Origin: Eledone cirrhosa
Taxonomy: Eukaryota
Assembly (NCBI GenBank): GCA_964016885.1
Contig: OZ024748.1
Location: 3,968,001 to 4,032,000 of the forward strand
DNA: 64,000 nt
Direction: 5' to 3'
In this document: one piece after another, positions 42,103 to 57,334 of the stretch
How the letters are laid out: each line of letters begins with the position of its first letter
How positions within the stretch are numbered: position 1 is the stretch's first letter
Translations under genes and position numbers: made by a program
The notes under the pieces: generated by a model
Seen by the model: the letters and a program-made list of their open reading frames with translations, nothing else
Databases searched by the model: none
Told to the model about the DNA's origin: nothing

Positions 42103-42667
42103 AAAGTATGATCACAATATAAAAGTCATGTGTGTGTCAGTATACGCAAATTCTCGCTTACGGTAAAATTTTACAAACACAAGCACAGATATACTTACAC
42201 ACATACTTATATTCACCCATACACAAAATCACACACACACACGCACACACATACACACATACACACATACACACACATCTATCTATCTATCTCTCTATGT
42301 ATATATATATACACACATATTTATTTGCAAGAAGACATACATATGTCTTATAAAAGTATTCATTTATACGAGATATCGTGTACCTACAGTACATACATAC
42401 ATAGGAAAACACGAAAGTCAGATTGAAACATAACTATGAGAGAAGTCAGAACAATCACTGTTGCCTGCATTCCCGTGTTGAACACGAGACTAGCAACACC
42501 TGCAGACGATACATTGTATAAACTGTATAAATATCTGCGCCATATTGTAGCGTAACATTCCGTTTAGGAATATTTTAAATAACCAACTTCTAAACTCTCG
42601 GCGTTGATGAAGACATGTTAGAGTAGTGAAATAATTTGATGAGTATTTCTGTCAGATGGTCTAAGGA

Positions 42668-42732
<65 letters not shown>

Positions 42733-42775
42733 CATATATATATATACATATACACACACACACATATATATATAC

Positions 42776-42850
<75 letters not shown>

Positions 42851-42875
42851 CTCTCGTACCTGCTCTCATTATATA

Positions 42876-43055
42876 TGTGGATTGGCAGTATCGGTAGAGG
42901 GTCGGACGGCATGCTTTCCAGCATAGTTACGTCCCTTTACGATCTGAGTTCAAATCCCGCCGAGGTTGACTTTGCTTTTCATCCTTACGGGGTCGATAAA
43001 ATAAAGTACCAGTAATACACTGCGTAATTGCTGGCCTTGTGCCTAAAGTAGAAAC

Positions 43056-43060
<5 letters not shown>
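42876..43060 (+). mobile_element. tRNA-derived SINE, near full length
   Basis: A box TGGCAGTATCGG, B box GAGTTCAAATCC and shared core. Confidence 0.88.
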
Positions 43061-43124
<64 letters not shown>

Positions 43125-43505
43125 CAATATTTTAGTGTCTAATTACAAAAAAAAAAGCAACCCAACAAAAAACGTAAATATATAAATAATATATAAACAT
43201 AAATAAAAAACAAGAAAAGAACATCTCCCCCTTCACCACCAAACATATAAACAACAACAACAATAACAACACCAACAACAATAACAACACCAACAACAAT
43301 AAAAAACAACAACAACAATAGCAACAACAACAACAATGACAACAATAACAACAACAATAACAACAGTAACAACAAGACTAAGATGAGACAGCGTGACTAA
43401 AGCTGTTATAAATATGTCAATTGTGTGAATATAAAATAATATATATATACGTATGTATGTATGTATGTATGTATGTATGTATGTATGTATGTATGTATGT
43501 ATGTA

Positions 43506-43584
<79 letters not shown>

Positions 43585-43614
43585 ATGTATGTATGTATGT
43601 ATGTGTGTGTGTGT

Positions 43615-43710
43615 ATGTTCTTCTGGTTTTATAATTTCACAAAGTTGGTGCAATGTTGGTGGTGGTCATGGTTGTTGTAGTTATTGTTGGTTCTATCTTT
43701 GCTCTTTTCC
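43615..43710 (-). mobile_element. ~96-bp mini-element in (CATA)n sharing the R4/Dong 3' terminus
   Basis: atgttcttctggttttataatttcacaa is identical to 19601. The other end is nearly identical to 29322-29382. Confidence 0.65.
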
Positions 43711-43814
43711 TATGTATGTATGTATGTATGTATGTATGTATGTATGTATGTATGTATGTATGTATGTATGTATGTATGTATGTATGTATGTATGTATGTA
43801 TGTATGTATGTATG

Positions 43815-43915
43815 TACTGAAAGATTCATAGGCTGACCTATGTACTCTCATGGAATAACCAAATGGGTTTTATTTTCCAACATAAGTCCTCGAGCGATAC
43901 AATGCAGCTTTTGAT
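43815..43915. mobile_element. Mariner-like terminal fragment
   Basis: ctgaaagattcataggctgacc...ttttattttccaacata resembles mariner TIR/3' ends, recognised from memory only. Confidence 0.45.
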
Positions 43916-43946
43916 ATATTGTACATATATATATATTAATATATTG

Positions 43947-43990
<44 letters not shown>

Positions 43991-44030
43991 TATATTGTAC
44001 ATGTATATATATATATATATTAATATATTG

Positions 44031-44074
<44 letters not shown>

Positions 44075-44147
44075 TATATTGTACATGTATATATATATAT
44101 ATATTAATATATTGTACATGTATATATATATATATATTAATATATTG

Positions 44148-44193
<46 letters not shown>

Positions 44194-44336
44194 TATATTG
44201 TACATGTATATATATATATATATTAATATATTGTACACACATATATATTTATATATATATATATTAATATATTGTACACACACATATATATATATAAATA
44301 TGAATATAAATATATATATATATATATATGGATGTA

Positions 44337-44421
<85 letters not shown>

Positions 44422-44521
44422 GCATGTATATATATATATATATATACATATAAACATATATATACACACACACACATATATATGCATATTATATATATAT
44501 ATACAGGAAATATATATACAT

Positions 44522-44582
<61 letters not shown>

Positions 44583-44883
44583 TATATATATATATACACA
44601 CATAAAATATATACACACATACATATGTATACATTCTCAGCCTCTGGGCTGGTAATCTTGGACGATGTTTATAATATTTATTATCTGGAGGAGGAAAGAA
44701 GAGGGGGAAGTGGTGGCATTGATTACATTCCTGGAGGACCACGTGCAGACCTAAGTGACAAGTGATAAGTGTAGTGAAGTGTAGCGGCTCCAGCTGGGAA
44801 TTGAACCTGGAGTCGGGAGGGACACGGTTCACTGAAGGAACATCGTCCTACTGTGTTACATGTCATGACACAGAAACATTGGC

Positions 44884-44922
<39 letters not shown>

Positions 44923-44925
44923 ATG

Positions 44926-44965
<40 letters not shown>

Positions 44966-45034
44966 ATGTATATATATATATATATATATATAATGTATAT
45001 ATATATATACATTATATATATATATATATATATA

Positions 45035-45065
<31 letters not shown>

Positions 45066-45074
45066 ATGTATATA

Positions 45075-45146
<72 letters not shown>

Positions 45147-45149
45147 GTA

Positions 45150-45199
<50 letters not shown>

Positions 45200-45204
45200 A
45201 ATAC

Positions 45205-45267
<63 letters not shown>

Positions 45268-45268
45268 A

Positions 45269-45339
<71 letters not shown>

Positions 45340-45539
45340 CACCTCTCCCCCTTCGCCGCCGCCCCCCACCTATTCACCAACAATGTTCCGATGACAACCT
45401 GAATTATCTTGATGTTGTTAGGTGGAATTGATGACATTCCTTAATTCTGATCTTCAAACCAAGGGTAGATCCCGAGCAAGATGGTTGCCTCCATGTGTCT
45501 GACACACGTGGGTATGCCTACAAAGACAGAAAACAGCAC

Positions 45540-46110
45540 AGAATTACCACTTAGAATTTGCATCACCAGTCTGGAACCCCTATCCTGCTCAGAACATTGA
45601 CCACCTGGAAACTGTTCGGAGACGTGCAACCAAGCGAATACCCTCCATCAGGTATCTGTCATACCCTGAACGCATGGGCATGGAAACATTGAAGCTCTGA
45701 CATCTGGCAACTGACTTGGTAAACACCCACATTAACCATCTTGGCAACAACCCAGAGCACCTTTTTGATTTCCATGTGTTTAACACACGTGGCCATGCCA
45801 ACAAAGTCAGAAAACAGCACAGCTCCCATGACTTTCGGAAATATTTCACGCTCAGAATTACTGAAGTTATTAGCTATCGAAACACTGCATCCTTTAAGAC
45901 CTCCATGCTTCCTGAAGTTCTCCCAACACTACACCTGATATCCCCCCTCCTTCATACACACACACACACATGTATGTCATGACTCATACACTGTTCATCT
46001 TCCTGACATTTATACATTATTCTATGTATTAGAGTAGCATCTTTGATAAGTTGTAGTGCACCTCAGCACTGTACGCAATAATTTCGCTATTATTATTATT
46101 ATTATTATTA
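45540..46110 (+). mobile_element. CR1-clade LINE 3' fragment with (TAT)n tail
   Basis: LEFASPVWNPY..NIDHLETVRRRATKRIP..LSYPER..TRGHANKV is a typical CR1 ORF2 C-terminus. Confidence 0.9.
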
Positions 46111-46179
46111 TACGACCTCTCTCGCCATGGTGACCAGAGAGATAAAAACAGTCTGCCCTTCTTGGTTAAAATAATAATA

Positions 46180-46558
46180 AGGCCAGCAATTTGAAGGGGA
46201 AGGGAAAGTCGATTAAATCGACCGCAGTGAATTACTGGTACTTTATGAAATCCACCCCGTAAGGATGAAAAAAAATTTAACTCAGAATGTAAAGGGCCAT
46301 AGCTCAATGCCACCAAGCATGTTGTCCGACTCTCTACCGATTCTGCCAATCCACAATAATAATAATAATTGTTTCTACTTTTGACACAAGGCCAGCAATT
46401 ACCCAGTACATTACTGGTACTTTATTTTATCGACCCCGTAAGGATGAAAGGCAAAGTTAACCTCGGCGGGATTTGAACTCAGACTATAAAGGGCCATAAC
46501 TCTATGCTACAAAGCATGGTGTCCGACTCTCTACTGATACTGCCAATCCACCGCCCTT
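46180..46558 (-). mobile_element. Two tandem tRNA-derived SINE copies
   Basis: 46180-46353 and 46368-46558 are reverse complements of the 42876 family. Confidence 0.88.
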
Positions 46559-46718
46559 GTAATAATAATAATGATAACAATTATTATTATTAATAGTTTT
46601 GAGAGATTTGATTGGCTGATGGTCAGGTGGGAGATAACGATGACTAAAAAGACGGCGAAGACAGATAATAAACCTGTGTTGTATACACACGCGCGTACAT
46701 CTCTCTCTCTTTATATAT

Positions 46719-46807
<89 letters not shown>

Positions 46808-47129
46808 CGTATATATATATATATATATATATATATACTTATATACATGTCATCGCTTCAAGACTGATTTTATCGTCATTCGCGTTCCTTGCCGAAAATA
46901 AATACTGCTTGTCAAAAGATATACGGTGGTATCAAGATCACTAGATTAAGTGTGTGTATATATATATACATGTATGTATGTATGTATGTATGTATGTATG
47001 TATGTATATATATATTAGTAAAAAAAAAAAGAAAGTGCTGACAAATTTTTCCCAGTGAAAAATAGTTTAATTAGGAATAAGTATAAATTGGTAATAAGTA
47101 TTAGTTAGTATTCAGTGTTAGTTTTAAGT

Positions 47130-47165
47130 TTTTACCGGTTGCGCATTTCTTATGCTTTTCAAAAA
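47130..47165 (-). ncRNA. Hammerhead U3-A8 variant (mirror copy)
   Basis: Reverse complement of 47218-47253. Confidence 0.55.
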
Positions 47166-47217
47166 TAATTTTGAGATGGAGTGCTCGTGATTTTTGGAGC
47201 ACTCCATCTCAAAATTA

Positions 47218-47253
47218 TTTTTGAAAAGCATAAGAAATGCGCAACCGGTAAAA
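47218..47253 (+). ncRNA. Hammerhead U3-A8 variant with GCAA in place of GAAA
   Basis: TTT-TTGAAAA-GCAT-aagaa-ATGC-GCAACCGGTA-AAA. Stem II covaries with the 27851 copy. Confidence 0.6.
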
Positions 47254-47374
47254 ACTTAAAACTAAAACTGAATACTAACTAATACTTATTACCAATTTAT
47301 ACTTATTCCTAATTAAACTATTTTTCACTGGGAAAAATTTGTCAGCACTTTCTTTTTTTTTTTTTACTAATATA

Positions 47375-47489
47375 TCACAACTCGTGTGTCACAGGTCTCT
47401 TAAAAAAAATAAAAAAAATAATATATATATATATATATATATATAATTTTTTTATTTTTTTTAACGAGAGCTGTGACACACGAGTTGTG

Positions 47490-47490
<1 letters not shown>
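47375..47490. repeat. Second adjacent inverted repeat with (TA)n spacer
   Basis: tcacaactcgtgtgtcacag / ctgtgacacacgagttgtga. Confidence 0.85.
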
Positions 47491-47574
<84 letters not shown>

Positions 47575-47590
47575 TATATATACACACATT

Positions 47591-47690
<100 letters not shown>

Positions 47691-47773
47691 TTTATATGGA
47701 TACATATACAGAAAAATATGTTTTGGTAAAGAAACGAAAACATTTTATTTATCTATATTTATCTCAGAGAATC

Positions 47774-47870
<97 letters not shown>

Positions 47871-47970
47871 TAGAAACGTAAACTTGTTCATATGTGTTAT
47901 AGGAATCACACTATGTTAGAACTGTCGCTAATACATGTATTATCTATGTACACAGACACACAGACACACA

Positions 47971-48047
<77 letters not shown>

Positions 48048-48379
48048 CAATCCTAAATATGCAAAAGTGGCATGACTAAAATTACTTTTGTTGTTTTCAT
48101 CTTGTGAAATCAGGTCTCATCTCATCAAACTCTCGCTTAGTTTCCGGTGTAGCTTGAGACACAGTCTGTTTATCTGTCTGTCTGTCTGTATGTATGTCCA
48201 TCTTTATGTTAGTCTCTATGTTTGTCTGCGAAACCATTTTGCTGGTGTGAGAGCTGATGAGTTGTGAAGATGTGTATGTAAACTTGTCTTGTACATCACC
48301 TTTCTTTATTTCCTTCTTCCAGTCACTTCTATGTGCCAACACACTTCTCCTTGTCCTCTTCCTCTTGAAATCTTTCCTC

Positions 48380-48812
48380 TATTTCATCTACCTGTCACCC
48401 ACCTTGTGTATTGTCTCTCTGTTGACCACTGGCCACAGGTTTCTGTCCTCCGAGGTATTATATTTCATCTACCTGTCACCCACCTTGTGTATTGTCTCTC
48501 TGTTGACCACTGGCCACTTGTTTCTGTCCTCCGAGGTATTATATTTCATCTGCTTGTCACCCACCTTGTGTATTGTCTCTCTGTTGACCACTGGCCACTT
48601 GTTTCTGTCCTCCGAGGTATTATATTTCATCTACCTGTCACCCACCTTGTGTATTGTCTCTCTGTTGACCACTGGCCACTTGTTTCTGTCCTCCGAGGTA
48701 TTATATTTCATCTGCTTGTCACCCACCTTGTGTATTGTCTCTCTGTTGACCACTGGCCACTTGTTTCTGTCCTCCGAGGTATTATATTTCATCTGCTTGT
48801 CACCCACCTTGT
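48380..48812. repeat. Minisatellite, 81-bp unit, ~5.3 copies
   Basis: Unit starts at 48380 and 48461. It gives the 27-aa repeat seen in the ORF track. Confidence 0.95.
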
Positions 48813-49025
48813 GGGCCACTGGTTTCTGACCTCTGAGGCATTTTTGCTCATCACTGTACTTGACAGCATCTAGTTGTTTTAACGGTTGTTCTCGCGATGA
48901 GTTTTCTCATATATATATATATGTAAAAAAAGTTCGCTCTACATGGCTGAATACAATAAATGTAATCTGATTTTTTCGTATATTATTAATGTTATTATTA
49001 ATATTTGAAAAACTCAGATTACATT

Positions 49026-49392
<367 letters not shown>

Positions 49393-49961
49393 GTATATAT
49401 AAATATATATATGTTATATATACGTACTCAGAATCGGAATATAATGGAAACACCAATGACTAAATTGTCCCCACTCCCTCCCCCACTTACCAACACCTCT
49501 CTCCGCCGCCACCACCACCAAGTAATTAACAAATAAAACCACTTAACGCCCCCCCCCCCCACCATCATAAAATACGAGACTATATTATTTTTTTCTGTTT
49601 TGTTTGAGTACTTTTTTCCTATTTCTGTTTTAAATATTGTAATTATTTTTTTATGTTGTGTCGTGTGTGAGTAAACTTTAAATTTGATACACCGGAAGTA
49701 AATGTTCATCCGGAAGTGACTCATTGTGGTACTGAAATATCAATTCTCGACTCTACTTTTACTTCTTTTTACGTTTTCCTTCGTATTTTCTTTCTTTGAA
49801 ACTTTACTACAATACTGACGTCCATTTTGGGACACTTTTTACCTCCCTACATTTCTTTCGTTCTTTCTTTCTTTCTGTCTTTCTTTCTTTCTGTCTTTCC
49901 TTCTTCATTTCTTTCGTTTCCTTTCTTTCTCCTGTTCTTCTACTCTTCCTTTCTCCCAAGT

Positions 49962-50031
<70 letters not shown>

Positions 50032-50054
50032 GTCTATCTATCTATCTATCTATC

Positions 50055-50570
50055 CGAGTCCATTGTCATGATCAAACCGCCACCCTAAGGAGAGGCGGTT
50101 TTCCTTTGTGTGATAGCTATGGCGAAAGAGGTTGTATGGTGGGCAAGGTTGAAAGGGCTGAGGTCAGACACCTTTCTCTGCGGCCAACAACTGATTCTTT
50201 TTTTCAAATACCACTTTGGAAGAAGAATCAGGGTGGAGAGAGAGGTGCTGTACCCCAGCAAGTTTTATGAAAGGTGGGTGAAAGTGGCGAGAATGGCCCG
50301 AGTGAATGGGCCTTCTCTCTATATCAGCCTGTAGGTTGAGGAAAAAGAGGAGGAGAGGAAAGGAGTACAAACTCTTCGTACTCCTGGAGATGAGGGTTGC
50401 ACATTTTTTCGGGGGTATGTGTTACCCATATGTAATGTCTCCCCCTATTGGGGAAAATCGACTAACCTTTTAAATTGCATTTGTGATAACATTTTACACG
50501 TTTTTATTGTATGTAAACTTCCCCTTTGTATTTGTCCTCTTCTTTTGTGCCCCTGTGGCTAATAAAGAAA
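50055..50570 (+). mobile_element. Tx1/L1-clade LINE, 5'-truncated, in (TATC)n
   Basis: AKEVVWWARLK....F..RW C-terminus ends at 50334. The 3' UTR ends ccctgtggctaataaagaaa. (TATC)n on both sides. Confidence 0.75.
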
Positions 50571-50572
50571 CA

Positions 50573-50675
<103 letters not shown>

Positions 50676-51426
50676 TCTTTTTGTTTGTTTTCCCACGTTA
50701 TAGGAAATTGTTCTTGTTCTTGTTGCTGTTGTCGCTCCTCATATTTTAAAGATTTATTTTATGTTTTCTCGTTTATTTAAAAAAAACATTAAAACAACGT
50801 AAAAAAAAAATCAATAATTTCATGAAAACCCCAATTAATCAATAATTACTTTATCTCTATCTCAATATTATTGGATTTGTTTCTTGTTCGACAAGGACTC
50901 GAACAACAAGATCTTTATTTAACTAATTCATTTGATTAATCCATATTTTCCCATTTAGTATGGTAGCCAATAAAGAAATAATTATTTAATCATTTTTAAT
51001 TGAGAAATTCATAATGAAATCCTAATAATTTCATAATAATTATTCTTCTTAACTAATTAATAATACCTCACACTGCCTTCCTCTGTTCTACCCCTCCACC
51101 GCCGACGTCTCTTTCATTATACAACAACAACTACAATAACTACAACAAGAACATTGAAACATCACCATCATCAACAACAATAGTAAAATCATAATCCTCA
51201 ACAACAACATACAACAACAACTTCAATAACAGAAGCAACAATAAAATAAAGAAAGGAGAAACACTAGCAACAACAGCAACGTGTCATCCCTCTGCAGCCC
51301 ACCACCTACAACAACAATAACAACAGAAGCAACAATAACATTAAAAAAGAACAACATAAGCAACAACATTAAATGGTTCAGCTCTTCCATCCCCTCCACC
51401 ACCACCACCACCATCACCACCACCGC

Positions 51427-51481
<55 letters not shown>

Positions 51482-51943
51482 GCCGACGACAACAGCAAAC
51501 CGTCATCCCTCTACACACCACCACTAACAATAACAACAACAACAACAGCAACAGCAGCAGCAACAACAGCAACAACAGCAACAAGAACGCAAGCTGCCAT
51601 ATTAACTTTCTAAACATCCTCCAATATTTGCTATATCGTATCTCACTGTATTAATGCTCGCCATTCCACCACGACCACCACCACTGAAATATCACACCAA
51701 ACAATAACGATAACATCATATGACATCTTACCTTTCTATTGCTCATATCAAATCTGAGGTTTTCCTACTCCGCTCCATCCCACCACGACCAACACTACCG
51801 AAATATCACCATCTCCGCCATCTTTGTTAACGGCGACACCATCTGGAAATATCTTAATTGACTTAGTTATTATGTCTAACCTGTCTCCCTTCATTCTTTC
51901 TATTGATGTCAGATATACGGTATATATATATATATATATATAT

Positions 51944-52061
<118 letters not shown>

Positions 52062-52104
52062 GTTTATATTATATATACATATATATATATATATACATAT
52101 ATAT

Positions 52105-52158
<54 letters not shown>

Positions 52159-52252
52159 CATGTATGTATATATATAGTATGTATATATATACACATACAT
52201 ACACATATATACACACATGCACACATATTTGTATATAAGTATGTATATGTAT

Positions 52253-52316
<64 letters not shown>

Positions 52317-52578
52317 GTATATATATACATACATATATATTTATATATATATATGTATATATATGTACAGATTTATATATTTATATATATATTTATATAT
52401 ATGTATGTATATATATGTGTATATATATGTATATATATGTATATATATATATACATATATACACATATATATACACATATATATACATACATATATATAA
52501 ATATATATATATAAATATATAAATATGTACATATATATACATATATATACATATATATATATATATACACACACACAC

Positions 52579-52625
<47 letters not shown>

Positions 52626-52851
52626 AATACAGACATATGCATACATACACATATACGTATATATATACATACATACATGTATAAACACGTATGTAAACAT
52701 TTTATAATGTGTAGATGTTTACTTGTTTAAATGGTGTCTAATGTCTCATTCTCGTTATATCTCGGCATCTCATTCTTTCTCTCGCTATATATACATTAAT
52801 ATGTGTATGTGTATATGTGCGTGTGTACATGTGTATATGTGCGTGTATATG

Positions 52852-52908
<57 letters not shown>

Positions 52909-52973
52909 CGTAGTTAAGAAAGCCACAACACTTTAACACCCTCTTATCATATATATATATATATATATATACA

Positions 52974-53400
52974 CAATATATTAATAAATGGAAACTATAT
53001 TTATAAAACCATATTTATTTTATTATACATATTTCAAGGGCAACCAAGGCAAATTATGGTGCGCTTTCATAAGATAAAATACAGATTTGTTTTATAAATA
53101 AATATTGACATGCCCGGAAAAAAGTAGACAATCTTAACGGTTGGAGCTTCCTTTTTTTTCCGGGTATGTCAATATTTATTTATAAAACAAATCTGTATTT
53201 TATCTGATGAAAGCGCACCATAATTTGCGTTGGTTGCCCTTGAAATGTGTATAATAAAATAAATAAGGTTTTATAAATATAGTTTCCATTTGTTAATATA
53301 TTAATATATTGTGTATTTACTCCACTAAACTGTTGAGTGCTTTATATCAGTTATACAATTTTTTAAAGCTTGTTGAATCCTAACAAATTAAATATAACCT
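52974..53400 (+). mobile_element. Palindromic Penelope-like module (arms 52974-53124 / 53151-53302, tail to ~53400)
   Basis: Inverted repeat of about 150 bp. Homologous to the 4245 module. Confidence 0.8.
53196..53261 (+). ncRNA. Hammerhead ribozyme type I
   Basis: TATTTTAT-CTGATGA-AAG-C-GCA..TGC-C-CTT-GAAA-TGTGTA-TA-ATAAAATA. The mirror copy has the core mutated to CTTATGA. Confidence 0.72.
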
Positions 53401-53402
53401 CT

Positions 53403-53489
<87 letters not shown>

Positions 53490-53559
53490 CATATTTATAT
53501 ATACCTGTATGTATTATCTTTGTACAGTATATATATATAACTTTGATAGGTTTCGGCCA

Positions 53560-53638
<79 letters not shown>

Positions 53639-54042
53639 ATATATACGTGCACACACAAACTCATATATACATAAATACTTTCATGCATGTATATACATCC
53701 ATAAATGGAAACATACTTAGGCACATGAATACAGCCAGGCATACATACTTACATTCAACCCTCCATACAGCTAGCCAGACATACATACAGACAGACAGAC
53801 AGATAGACAGACAGACAGACAGACAGACAGCCATACAGACAGACAGACAGACAGACAGACAGCCATACAGACAGACAGACAGACAGACAGCCATGCAGAC
53901 AGCCATGCAGACAGACAGACAGCCATGCAGACAGACAGACAGCCATGCAGACAGACAAATTTCTGTTTATTTGCCACTAGGGCACAAAAGAAAGGGACAT
54001 GTACATGCAGACAGACAGACAGCCATACAGACAGATATACAT

Positions 54043-54091
<49 letters not shown>

Positions 54092-54955
54092 GACACAGAC
54101 AGGCAGACAGACAGACAGACAGACAGACATGCGTGCATACATCGCACACAAAATGGAATTAAATGTCAGCCGAATGGACATACATATGACGGCAGCAGGC
54201 AATACTGATTGGTCAAGATATCTTTTAAATTGACCAATCAATACAAAGAAACGAATCGCAGCCCAATTATCGAGAGAAAACTGGTGAAATCAGCAGATGG
54301 TTTTAAGACAACACATCACGTCAATATGTCAGCCAGTCGTCAAATCACGTTGACAGATTGAAACGAGAAAAGCAAATGGCGAGATGTGGTAGGTGGAAAG
54401 GTTAGAACACGTGACTGACATTTACTTCTAAGAGTATTTTCATTGGACAATTTGTTTCACCGCTTTATTTATTTATTTATTTAGTTTTTCGTATGTTTAT
54501 CCCAAAGTCAATACAAACCGTTTCAGATCTATCTAAAGAAGAAAAACTCACCAGGGGACTTTTCTTCTTCGCCTGCTTGTTGTTGTTGTTGTTGTTGTTG
54601 TAATTGGTGGTGGTGGTGGTGGTGTTGTTGTTGTTGTTGTTGTCGTTGTGGTGGTGGTGGTGGTGTTGCTGCTGTTGTTGTTGTTATGGTGGGGGTGGGG
54701 GTGTTGTTGTTGTTGTTGTGGTGCTGGTGTTGTAGATATGTATTTTTTTCTCCATTTCCCATTGTTCATTGTTTGTTCAATCGGTGGTTAGTTCAATAAT
54801 TATAGACACCACCACCATCACAACACTCACACCACCACCATCACAACACTCACACCACCACCATCCTCCTCCTCCTCCTCCTTCTCATCATCATCATCAT
54901 CATCATTATCATCATTGTCAATTATTCCCTATTACAATCCTCTCTCCCCCCCCTA

Positions 54956-54992
<37 letters not shown>

Positions 54993-56039
54993 CTGTCTGT
55001 CTATACATGCATATATACACAAACATATATACAGAAACATATATACACACATACGTTTCATTTTACATAAAATTATATACCCCTGTTCAATATACGTTTG
55101 CTGGCAATCATGTGTTAAACATGTGTAGAATCTGACGTATGTACATGTGTTTGTAGACGTAACATATACACACATACACACATACACACCCCCCACACGC
55201 CCCCCCCCCACACACATACACACACACACACACACATATATATATATGTATATATACATATGTATATAGTTCAACATTACATATATATATATATATGTGT
55301 GTGTGTGAAAGTGAAATATATATATATATAATATATATATATATATAGAGAGAGAGAGATAGATAGAGAGAGGGAGGGAGGGAGAGAGATAGAGAGAGAA
55401 AGAGAGCGGGAGGGAGAGAGATATAGAGAGAGAGAAAGAGGAGGGAGAGAGAAAGAGAGAAAGAAAGCGGGAGAGAGAGAGAAAGAGATAGAAAGAGAGA
55501 GAGAGAGAAAGAAAGAGAGAAAAGGAGAGAGAGAGCTAGAGAGATAGATAGATAGATAGATAGAGAGAGAGTGAGTTACAAAGAGAGAGAGAGAGAGAGG
55601 GGTGAGAAGGGTGGGACAAAGATTGGAACATTGTATATATTTGTACAAGGAGTTGCGTGTTGACGGCGGAAACCAATTCTATTATGAAGAAAACATGAAG
55701 AAAACACAGCAGGAGATATCTTCTAGAACAGAAGAGGCTGACCTGGGACACGCACAGCCTGGACAACCAATGATGTGTCTTTTGTAAGGTAACACCAATA
55801 AGCTGCAGTGGTGAGGTTTCAAATCAATGTTGTTTTGAAGCCAACAGCTGAACAATAGGAGATCTGCTGGATTAGGGTAGGGACCGGAGTTTAGACTTCT
55901 ATACTATCCAATGGTGTTAGGGTTAGAAGGAAACTTTAGAAATAACCACTGGCGTGGCTAACCGTGATAGGAGACCCGGGTATTGCTACTACTGCTGCTA
56001 CTACTACTGCTGCTGCTGCTACTGCTGCTACTCCTGCTG

Positions 56040-56077
<38 letters not shown>

Positions 56078-56108
56078 GCTGCTGCTACTACTGCTGCTAC
56101 TCCTGCTG

Positions 56109-56237
<129 letters not shown>

Positions 56238-56414
56238 GCCTCAGTACCGAGAGAGTGGACGTCACTGATGACGGATAAAAAACATGAAACGCTATTTCTG
56301 GCATCATGATCACAACTTAAAACATTCATAGTTTATATATGTTTGCTATACATAAACATATAAACATATATAACACTTCATACAGACACACACACACATA
56401 TATATATATAACCC

Positions 56415-56475
<61 letters not shown>

Positions 56476-56480
<5 letters not shown>

Positions 56481-56735
56481 TGCAATACAATGGGAGGAAA
56501 AATAATAGTAGCACTGATGATGTTGCAGATGTGCGACGAAAGAACTTTGATAGACTATATATATATATTTATATCTGTATTTTTAACTGATACTCAATCA
56601 ATGATAAACATTGATCGCCAAATAAATCAACTATGGAGATATAAAAGATACAGAAGCGAAAATCAACCAAAACCAAACAATGAGTGTGTTCTGTTATTAT
56701 TTCTGGCAATATTACATGAATATAACCCTCCCCAA

Positions 56736-56740
<5 letters not shown>
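56476..56740 (+). mobile_element. Penelope-like terminal module in (TA)n, homologous to 62130-62410
   Basis: Extended similarity, shared hammerhead and shared 3' end accctccccaagtata. Confidence 0.75.
56509..56552 (+). ncRNA. Hammerhead ribozyme type I
   Basis: TAGCA-CTGATGA-T-GTTGCA-gatg-TGCGAC-GAAAGAACTT-TGATA. Confidence 0.75.
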
Positions 56741-56819
<79 letters not shown>

Positions 56820-56860
56820 ATATGTATATATGTATATATATATATATATGTATATATATA

Positions 56861-57127
56861 TTATTATAAATGTAAGCTATGGCCGTATTTTGACTAAAGA
56901 AATTAAAGAAATTATTTAGCCTGATAGTGGGGTTAAGAACCCTCGGAGAAATGGAAAAAGATGAGTATTGACGTACATATACGTCAATACTCATCTTTTT
57001 CCATTTCTCCGAGGGTTCTTAACCCCACTATCAGGCTAACTAATTTCTTTAATTTCTTTAGTCAAAATACGGCCATAGCTTACATTTATAATAATTTCAA
57101 ACCCGCTCGCTGTTTCGAAAAATATTC

Positions 57128-57130
<3 letters not shown>
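56861..57130 (+). mobile_element. Palindromic, tRNA-less copy of the element at 42-262
   Basis: Arms 56861-56975 / 56980-57094 with a 4-nt spacer. Tail runs to 57130. Confidence 0.88.
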
Positions 57131-57185
<55 letters not shown>

Positions 57186-57187
<2 letters not shown>

Positions 57188-57303
57188 AAAAGAGTCAGGA
57201 CCCCCACGGCTGAGCTCCGGCCGTTTCGACAGCTAGATCCTATTTTACCTCTACTATTGAGTACTCTGGTGCGTTATGGTCCACCTTACCACACCTTCTT
57301 TGT

Positions 57304-57305
<2 letters not shown>
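57186..57305 (+). mobile_element. Deleted copy of the 13767 family
   Basis: One arm plus the tail gagtactctggtgcgttatggtcca. TA flanks. Confidence 0.75.

Positions 57306-57334
<29 letters not shown>

Larger units (their letters stand above)
47011..47375. repeat. Near-perfect ~176-bp-arm palindrome (10-nt spacer) containing hammerheads
   Basis: Arms 47011-47186 / 47197-47375 differ by about one substitution and a poly-A length. Confidence 0.92.

Noticed and set aside
42604-42645. Hammerhead (TTGATGA..GAAA) after a weak GIY-YIG-like peptide
   Set aside because: The core has an uncompensated U3-G8 and the stems do not pair convincingly.
44780-44860. tRNA gene on minus strand (GGTTCAATTCC)
   Set aside because: Only a B box and T arm are evident, with no cloverleaf. 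It is probably a decayed SINE head.
48257-48873. Repeat-protein CDS (27-aa unit)
   Set aside because: It is an 81-bp minisatellite open in several frames and both strands, with no recognisable domain or splice context.
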